Below are positions 7,122-12,295 of a stretch of DNA of 12,295 bases, piece by piece (position 1 is the first letter of the stretch; every line of letters starts with the position of its first letter). The stretch comes from Elusimicrobiota bacterium (GTDB lineage Bacteria > Elusimicrobiota > Elusimicrobia > Elusimicrobiales > UBA9959), in NCBI GenBank assembly GCA_037137395.1, contig JBAXKK010000077.1, forward strand, positions 1 through 12,295, written 5' to 3'. The position numbers and the translations under genes were made by a program. The notes beneath the pieces are model-generated. The model saw nothing but the letters and a program-made list of their open reading frames with translations. It did not search any database and was not told the origin of the DNA.

Positions 7122-9529
7122 TATCTACTTATTTTTTCGGGCTCCACCCGGGGGCTGAAGCCGAATTTCTGCTTAAGGCCCGCGTACTGGCTCTTAGCCG
7201 GCTGGGCTTCAGGGTTCAGGGCGAGCGCTTTGCCATACGCCTCGAACGCTTCTTTGAATTTTCCCAGGGCGTATTCTATATTGCCCAGATACGTATAACC
7301 TTCAGGAGTCTCGTGCCGATGTCCCGGGCGATGACATTTCCAGGCGTTGATGTTATTGAGATATTCACGCTCCGCCGCGGGATAATCCCGCTTTGCCACA
7401 TAGATCTGCGCTTTCCTGTAATAATTAGGAGCGTAGACGGGATCAATGTTTTCATACAGGCTCAGTCTGGCCATGGCCTTATCAAAGAATTGAGCGGCCT
7501 CATCGGGCTTGCCCTGGCTCACGTAATAATCGTGCATCTTCATGTAAAGCGTTCCAACCTGGTGATGCATCTGCACATAGTTGGGAGCGATGGACCGCAC
7601 CATCTCATACGCGGCCATGGCCCGTTCGAAATCAGTGCGCGGAATTTCATTTTCATCACCCCAATCCTTGCGGTACTGCCGTTCCATGTTAAAACGGTCG
7701 TTAAAAACATTGCCGACAAAGTAATAGGGCATGATAAAATACGGGTTGAAATGGTTGACGCGCTTGTAGTAGCTTATGGCGTCCTCCCACTTGCCTTGCT
7801 TGGAAAAGAATATCGCCATATTATGATAAACATCGCCTTTAAACCAGCCCCAGAAATAATAAACAGGCAACAGCGTGACCAGGGCGACCAACGGAACAGC
7901 GCGTGACAGACCTTTAAGATTGATGCGGATGAAAGAGTAGGCAAGGCCCAGCGTTATAGCCAGCATCGCGAGCCAGGAGACCCACCACTGGAGTATCTCT
8001 CCGCCCATGGCGTACCCGCTGAGAGGCCCCTGCAGCCCTGAGAATTCCTGTATCAGCAGGAAAGCGGTGTAAAGAACTCCGGCCGTGGCGGCGGCTCTAA
8101 GCGCCCAGAGGGAATAGACATGGAAACCGGAACCGGCTTCCGCTTTTTGCGCGCTCTCGGGTTTGTCTTCTTTGTAATGGAGTTCCCAGATGGCCTGACC
8201 GCGGGCGAGATTCACGATAACCCCCGGCAAGAGCCCCAGGAAGATACCGGAGGACACGAATCGCATACTGACATCGGTAAAATTATGAAAAAGCATGCCC
8301 AGGAGCGCGGTTAAATATCCCAGAAGGTCGTAGGCCACTGGCGGAGGGCGGCTTCCTTTAAGCGTCTCAGTCATGGAATTAAGCCCGCGCAGGCCCACCA
8401 AGGTGACGAAAATAATCAACCACAGGTAGATGCCAAAGCCTATAAGGCCGTTATCCATTAACTGTTCAAGGTGCTCCTGTTCGGCGTGGTCGGTTTCCGT
8501 GTTGTGCTTGCCTTCAAGATGGAAGATGATCGGCCGACGGAAAGTCGGATAAATAACCTTAAAACTGCCCACTCCGGTGCCGATAAGCGGATGAGTCTCT
8601 ACCATCTCCCAGGTGGAAATCCAGGTCGCGATACGGAAAGGGACGGAGGTCGGACTTTTCATCGCGTAAACAAGTACCAGAGCCACCGCCACGAGAGCCG
8701 CGGCGGTAAGCGCTAAAAAGGTCTTCAGAAGCTTCTTGCGGTCCATCTGGGTGAAGAAATAAACATAAATGGCCGTGAATACGCAGGTTGAGATACCAAA
8801 ACCTATCCAGGCGCCTTTAGTGTCGGTGCCGTAAAGGCATAGGAGGTCCAGAAATATAAGCGGGATCAGGTAAACAGAACGACTCTTGAGATATTGTGTT
8901 ACTACGATTGGGAGTATTAGGACTAAGAAATTGCCGAAAAAATTAGGGTTCCCGTAGGTGGAGAATATGCGGGGGCCAAAGGCCTGGCGCCAGATAAAAG
9001 GATCTATGCCCGGCCCCATGTCTTTGGGCGGGAAGCAGCGTGAGTCCAGGAACTGTACAAAACCGTAGAGGACCGCGATGTAAGCGGCCACGATAAGCAC
9101 CCGGGTCAGACGATTGATAGCGCTTTCGTTAAACTCACGGAGAACGATGAGCGAGACCGACATATAAAGAGTGTATCGGACAAGATCGTCCACGCTCGCC
9201 CCCTTGTAAGGAGCGTGGCAAAACGAAATAAGGACGTAGATAAGGTAAGCAAAAAACGGGGCCAAAAACACAAAGTCCTCTTTTCTAAAGGCCTTGCGCC
9301 CCTCAAGCACAAGCAACGACACCCATAGCCCCACCAGGGAAAATCCTCCCATCTGAAGCAGCGTGATTTTCACCTGCGCGGAATCATAGGTTCGCAAATA
9401 AAAAGAATCTGATATCAGCAGGTAGAGAAGCGGGATGCCCCACCAGATCGCTTTCCTGGCAAAAGCCACGCCCGGCGCGAAATTAATTTCGGAGAATTCC
9501 GGAAGCTGTGGATAATTTTTTTTGGACAT
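7121..9529 (-). CDS. O-antigen ligase (Wzy_C)-family membrane protein with C-terminal TPRs, paralog of the downstream gene (802 aa)
   Basis: Many TM helices; motifs RIFSTYGNPNF, TDTKGAW, RIATWISTWEMVETHPLIGTGVGSF; TPR-like C-terminus (YHNMAIFFSKQGKWEDAISYY, YTYLGNIEYALGKFKEAFEAYGKALALNP). No clear SD before the ATG. Confidence 0.85.
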   Translation of the reverse strand: MSKKNYPQLPEFSEINFAPGVAFARKAIWWGIPLLYLLISDSFYLRTYDSAQVKITLLQMGGFSLVGLWVSLLVLEGRKAFRKEDFVFLAPFFAYLIYVLISFCHAPYKGASVDDLVRYTLYMSVSLIVLREFNESAINRLTRVLIVAAYIAVLYGFVQFLDSRCFPPKDMGPGIDPFIWRQAFGPRIFSTYGNPNFFGNFLVLILPIVVTQYLKSRSVYLIPLIFLDLLCLYGTDTKGAWIGFGISTCVFTAIYVYFFTQMDRKKLLKTFLALTAAALVAVALVLVYAMKSPTSVPFRIATWISTWEMVETHPLIGTGVGSFKVIYPTFRRPIIFHLEGKHNTETDHAEQEHLEQLMDNGLIGFGIYLWLIIFVTLVGLRGLNSMTETLKGSRPPPVAYDLLGYLTALLGMLFHNFTDVSMRFVSSGIFLGLLPGVIVNLARGQAIWELHYKEDKPESAQKAEAGSGFHVYSLWALRAAATAGVLYTAFLLIQEFSGLQGPLSGYAMGGEILQWWVSWLAMLAITLGLAYSFIRINLKGLSRAVPLVALVTLLPVYYFWGWFKGDVYHNMAIFFSKQGKWEDAISYYKRVNHFNPYFIMPYYFVGNVFNDRFNMERQYRKDWGDENEIPRTDFERAMAAYEMVRSIAPNYVQMHHQVGTLYMKMHDYYVSQGKPDEAAQFFDKAMARLSLYENIDPVYAPNYYRKAQIYVAKRDYPAAEREYLNNINAWKCHRPGHRHETPEGYTYLGNIEYALGKFKEAFEAYGKALALNPEAQPAKSQYAGLKQKFGFSPRVEPEKISR

Positions 9530-9545
9530 AAGTTGAAGGGAACAT

Positions 9546-9565
9546 AACAGCCGAGGATGGGATTT
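9546..9565 (-). repeat. 20-bp direct repeat of the tRNA-Thr 3' end (att-like copy)
   Basis: aacagccgaggatgggattt at 9546-9565 is identical to 9684-9703 (last 17 nt of the tRNA plus 3 trailer nt), 138 bp apart. Confidence 0.9.
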
Positions 9566-9683
9566 CTGCTCCCTCGCTCACTCCCGTTCGCTCATCCGCA
9601 GCCGGCCTCTCCCGCTGACGGCCGCCACTGCGGCCTTTTCATCCACCGGATGCGCGGGAGTTGGCTTCAAATCCTTTGCTTAA
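9566..9683 (-). other. 118-bp structured non-coding element between the tRNA 3' end and its duplicate
   Basis: Nested inverted repeats: ctcccgc 9609-9615 / gcgggag 9654-9660 enclose ggccgc 9620-9625 / gcggcc 9630-9635 and catcc 9640-9644 / ggatg 9648-9652; outer agcc 9600-9603 / ggct 9663-9666. Confidence 0.6.
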
Positions 9684-9686
9684 AAC

Positions 9687-9758
9687 AGCCGAGGATGGGA
9701 TTTGAACCCACAACCTATCGCTTACGAAGCGATTGCTCTACCGTTGAGCTACCTCGGC
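9687..9758 (-). tRNA. tRNA-Thr (anticodon CGT), CCA not encoded
   Basis: Minus strand GCCGAGG TA GCTC AACGGTA GAGC A ATCGC TTCGTAA GCGAT AGGTT GTGGG TTCAAAT CCCAT CCTCGGC T folds into a canonical cloverleaf; anticodon at 9726-9724. Confidence 0.96.
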
Positions 9759-9823
9759 GCCATACTCAAAAAGATCTACAGAAATCGCTCTCTGTTTCAG
9801 CGGGCGTCCAGCCCAAGGCTGCG

Positions 9824-9881
9824 ACCCACAACCTACCCCCCCAAGCTTGGGGGGGTTGCTCTACCGTTGAGCTACCTCGGC
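9824..9881 (-). pseudogene. tRNA-Thr-derived fragment, copy 2 (acceptor 5' strand + D arm + palindrome replacing anticodon arm + variable loop + 5' T-stem)
   Basis: First 26 nt and TAGGTTGTGGGT are identical to the tRNA; the inner 15 nt of the anticodon arm are replaced by CCCCCCCAAGCTTGGGGGGG; the T-loop and 3' acceptor strand are absent. Confidence 0.85.
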
Positions 9882-9946
9882 GCCATACTCAAAAAGATCT
9901 ACAGAAATCGCTCTCTGTTTCAGCGGGCGTCCAGCCCAAGGCTGCG

Positions 9947-10004
9947 ACCCACAACCTACCCCCCCAAGCTTGGGGGGGTTGCTCTACCGTTGAGCTACCT
10001 CGGC
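9947..10004 (-). pseudogene. tRNA-Thr-derived fragment, copy 1 (identical to 9824-9881)
   Basis: Same sequence as 9824-9881; palindrome at 9958-9979; lies immediately downstream of the putative promoter. Confidence 0.85.
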
Positions 10005-10017
10005 GCTCCAATGAATC

Positions 10018-10050
10018 ATTATATATTAGTAAATTAAAGCGGATTTTCAA
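10018..10050 (-). promoter_or_regulatory. Putative sigma70 promoter for the tRNA locus
   Basis: Minus strand TTGAAA (10050-10045), 16 nt, TAATAT (10028-10023), with an overlapping perfect TATAAT (10023-10018) ending 13 nt before the first tRNA-like 5' end at 10004. Confidence 0.55.
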
Positions 10051-10080
10051 AATCACTTTTCGGCCGGCTGCAAACAGCGC

Positions 10081-10977
10081 TCAAAGATTTTTACTTACTT
10101 TTTCTTCCTGTCTTTTTATAAAATCGCGCGCCGCAAGCATATATTCATCCGCTTTTTCGATATGGTGGGAATGAGAGGCATCTTCAAAAATGCGCATTTC
10201 CGAACCCGGCAAGGCCTGATGATATATGGCCGTCGCGGCCGGGGAGGCTTCATCAAACCGTCCGCAAGTAAAAAGCACGGGGGTTTGTATTTCTCCGAGT
10301 CTGCCCACCCTGTCATAACCTTTCAGCGTGCCCGTTACAGTAAATTCGCTCGGACCCCACATATGGAGGTAAATCGCGAATTTTAATTTCTCTATACTTT
10401 TGCTCAGAAATTCCGGCCATGGATCTAGCCGGCAGACATGAAGCTTATAAAACGAAAGCATCGCGTTCTGATAATTCTGCGAAGTAAAATCTCCGGAGGT
10501 TTCACTGTGCGCTATTATTTTCCGAATGTCCTCCGGCAACTCCTCAATATAAACCTTCTGGTCAGCCGCCCATTGAGCCGCGCTGAGGCAAGGCCCGGAG
10601 AGTATCATGCCGGCCACTCCCTCGGGCTTGCGCGTCAGCATATAATCCACGGCCAACATCGTTCCCCATGATTGGCCGAGTATGAAAACTTTTTCCAGCC
10701 CAAGCGCGGCACGCACCCGCGCCAGTTCCTCCACAAAACTCTCGGTAGTCCAAAGCCGCGGGTTGTCCGGCGCCGGAGAATTTCCGCCGCCCAGCTGGTC
10801 ATAAAAAATCACGGGCCGCTCATCGGCAAGAGCTTCCAGCGGCTTAAGGTATTCGTGATTAAGGCCGGGGCCGCCATGCAGCGCGATCAGGGGAGTCCCT
10901 TTTTTCTCCGCCCCTGCGACGCGGTACCATGTTCTCCCCCCTTCCACGTCCACAAAACCTTCCAGCACATTGGTCAT
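10081..10977 (-). CDS. Proline iminopeptidase-family alpha/beta hydrolase (proline-specific peptidase / L-amino acid amidase type, 298 aa)
   Basis: LHGGPG oxyanion motif, FYDQLGGGNS, nucleophile GQSWG, MWGPSEF, GRFDE acid and ASH His motif; AAGGAG SD upstream. Confidence 0.92.
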   Translation of the reverse strand: MTNVLEGFVDVEGGRTWYRVAGAEKKGTPLIALHGGPGLNHEYLKPLEALADERPVIFYDQLGGGNSPAPDNPRLWTTESFVEELARVRAALGLEKVFILGQSWGTMLAVDYMLTRKPEGVAGMILSGPCLSAAQWAADQKVYIEELPEDIRKIIAHSETSGDFTSQNYQNAMLSFYKLHVCRLDPWPEFLSKSIEKLKFAIYLHMWGPSEFTVTGTLKGYDRVGRLGEIQTPVLFTCGRFDEASPAATAIYHQALPGSEMRIFEDASHSHHIEKADEYMLAARDFIKRQEEKVSKNL

Positions 10978-11058
10978 TTTCGCGTTCTCCTTACACTAAC
11001 ATGCCATGCGTCCATTCCCCCTGGAACACCTGAATACATTACAACACCGTCAGTTCCC

Positions 11059-11097
11059 AAAGAAAAGGCCGGCCGCCTGATGCGGACGGCCTTTTTT
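11059..11097 (-). terminator. Rho-independent terminator (potentially bidirectional)
   Basis: Minus strand AAAAGGCCGTCCGC-ATCAG-GCGGCCGGCCTTTTCTTT, a GC-rich stem with one mismatch, 12 nt after the stop at 11110; U-tracts on both strands. Confidence 0.8.
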
Positions 11098-11109
11098 CAC
11101 CTGCAATAT

Positions 11110-12093
11110 TTACTTTCCAACTCCCGCGGAAAGCGAGAACAGTTTATCGGTGGCAGACTTAATGCCGCCGGTCACTTCAGCGACCATCCCGGAATCCCAA
11201 TCCTTCTTTTCAACACGCAGGAAACTGGTTTTATCCACGCGGTTGTCAAAGCGGCCTATGGGGATATGAAACTTCTGACCCGCCGAGGTCACTGTGATAG
11301 TGCCCGGCACTTCAGAGCTTCGCTCAAGATAGTCCATATCGTCACAGCCATAGTCGTTGAGCATAACTTCCATAGGCACGCCGTGATGTAATATTGAGCC
11401 CGGATCGTTAGGGTTGGTGCGGGCCGTATTCTTACGGCGGCTTTCTTCAGGGGTCACCCAGACATAAAGAATAACGGCGCGCTTAAGGATCTCGGGATCC
11501 ATTTCACCCAGCGAGTACTGATAGCCGAGCGGGGCCGGCAGAGGATAGGTTGAGCCATCGGGACCGCCGCGGGCGGCTTCTATAACTATAGTTTTTCCTT
11601 CAAAGGATTCCGGATAGGCCGCGTGTTTCTCATCAAGCATGGCGCGAGCTTCTTTTTCAAGAGCGGCGGCTACGGCAATATGAACGCTCTTATCGAGACC
11701 GGTAAGGCGCGTGGGTATACCGGCCTTCTCCCCGGCCTTATCTATGCGCCTCATCAGGAGATCACCGGCAGAATGGGCCTTTACAACGTTCTTTTTAATC
11801 AGATCCTGATAATCCTCATTGAGCAGATGTATCAGCGTGCCCCAGTCCTTCGTGTTCTGGAAAGGCCTGTTGCCCGCCTTAAAGAATATGCGGATATAGC
11901 CGAGTTTCACCAGTTCATCGTCGATACGGCGCATTATGTGCACATAAGGGAAGTCGTCCAGCTGCAGATTGGAACCGATGTGAAATTCTTTCTTAAGCCG
12001 CTCGGGCTCAATGTTGGCAAGAAACCGCCGCACTTCGGATTTACCTGAAGCCGGCAGGGCCAGCAGAAGCACGATATCAAATGTTTTTTCCAT
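11110..12093 (-). CDS. Hypothetical P-loop protein, nucleoside/nucleotide-kinase-like topology (327 aa)
   Basis: ATG at 12093 with GGGAGG SD; N-terminal IVLLLALPASGKS Walker A variant, TIVIEAARGG second strand, AVILYVWVTPEESRRKNTAR lid-like segment; own promoter and terminator. Confidence 0.75.
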   Translation of the reverse strand: MEKTFDIVLLLALPASGKSEVRRFLANIEPERLKKEFHIGSNLQLDDFPYVHIMRRIDDELVKLGYIRIFFKAGNRPFQNTKDWGTLIHLLNEDYQDLIKKNVVKAHSAGDLLMRRIDKAGEKAGIPTRLTGLDKSVHIAVAAALEKEARAMLDEKHAAYPESFEGKTIVIEAARGGPDGSTYPLPAPLGYQYSLGEMDPEILKRAVILYVWVTPEESRRKNTARTNPNDPGSILHHGVPMEVMLNDYGCDDMDYLERSSEVPGTITVTSAGQKFHIPIGRFDNRVDKTSFLRVEKKDWDSGMVAEVTGGIKSATDKLFSLSAGVGK

Positions 12094-12120
12094 ACAACCT
12101 CCCGGTAAAATTATCACTTA

Positions 12121-12149
12121 ATTTTAAACTATATGTATTCCTATTGCAA
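12121..12149 (-). promoter_or_regulatory. Sigma70-like promoter of the P-loop protein gene
   Basis: Minus strand TTGCAA (12149-12144), exactly 17 nt, TAAAAT (12126-12121), 27 nt upstream of the ATG. Confidence 0.7.
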
Positions 12150-12241
12150 GGAGGACCTGTTTACCAAATCCTCCGCTAAGATAAAAAAAGTGGCTATTCT
12201 GTAATTGGAAGGATGGCGGCGGGGTGGCAGACATGGGTCGG

Positions 12242-12295
12242 ATCGGGCCGAGGCGGAACCGGCGCTCTAGTCGCCGGGCCGGCCGCAGGCCCGAT
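12242..12295. repeat. GC-rich nested inverted repeat at the window edge
   Basis: atcgggcc 12242-12249 / ggcccgat 12288-12295, with inner ccggcg 12259-12264 / cgccgg 12272-12277. Confidence 0.5.

Larger units (their letters stand above)
9733..10006. repeat. Perfect tandem repeat, period 123 bp, about 2.2 copies, overlapping the tRNA 5' end
   Basis: ttgctctaccgttgagctacctcggcgc starts at 9733, 9856 and 9979; the intervening 95-bp stretches are identical. Confidence 0.95.

Noticed and set aside
1678..7906. Long plus-strand ORFs (1678-2295, 4998-5846, 7040-7906 and smaller ones)
   Set aside because: They are antisense shadows of well-supported minus-strand genes and show no recognisable motifs.
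9546..9703. Prophage or genomic island at tRNA-Thr
   Set aside because: The att-like repeats enclose only 118 bp and there is no integrase or phage gene in the window.
7121..9758. Parallel with the Pseudomonas aeruginosa pilA-tfpO-tRNA-Thr arrangement
   Set aside because: No pilin gene is in the window and gene order and protein architecture differ; probably coincidental.
9824..10004. Two additional functional tRNA genes or intron-containing/split tRNAs
   Set aside because: No anticodon loop, T-loop or 3' acceptor strand in either copy; the anticodon sequence is replaced rather than interrupted.
9733..10006. CRISPR array interpretation (28-bp repeat three times)
   Set aside because: The intervening sequences are identical and 95 bp long, the repeat is the tRNA 5' end, and no cas genes are present.
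9557..10174. 205-aa plus-strand ORF (and 9702-10037) with a repeated 41-aa peptide
   Set aside because: Antisense to the tRNA; the peptide repeat arises only because the 123-bp DNA period is a multiple of 3; no protein-like features.
10672..12048. Plus-strand ORFs 10672-11391 and 11623-12048
   Set aside because: Antisense to two supported genes; the first also runs through a terminator hairpin.

Overview
Bacterial chromosomal window with all credible genes on the minus strand. Reading right to left: a P-loop hypothetical protein (own sigma70-like promoter and terminator), a proline iminopeptidase-family hydrolase, a tRNA-Thr(CGT) locus, two translationally coupled O-antigen-ligase/O-oligosaccharyltransferase (Wzy_C)-like TPR membrane proteins, an exported OmpA-like/FlgD-Ig-like protein, and the start of a type IV pilus/T2SS-like assembly operon (PilM-PilN fusion, PilO-like protein, truncated next gene). 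The gene set is reminiscent of Elusimicrobiota, but this is an inference only. The most unusual part is 9546-10006. The intact tRNA is preceded by two identical 123-bp units, each holding a tRNA-derived 5' fragment in which the anticodon arm is precisely swapped for a perfect C7-AAGCTT-G7 palindrome. It is followed by a 118-bp multi-hairpin element that carries an antisense copy of the T-arm and ends in a 20-bp duplication of the tRNA 3' end. Also notable: a 52-aa internal duplication in one ligase paralog and loss of the conserved His in the other.
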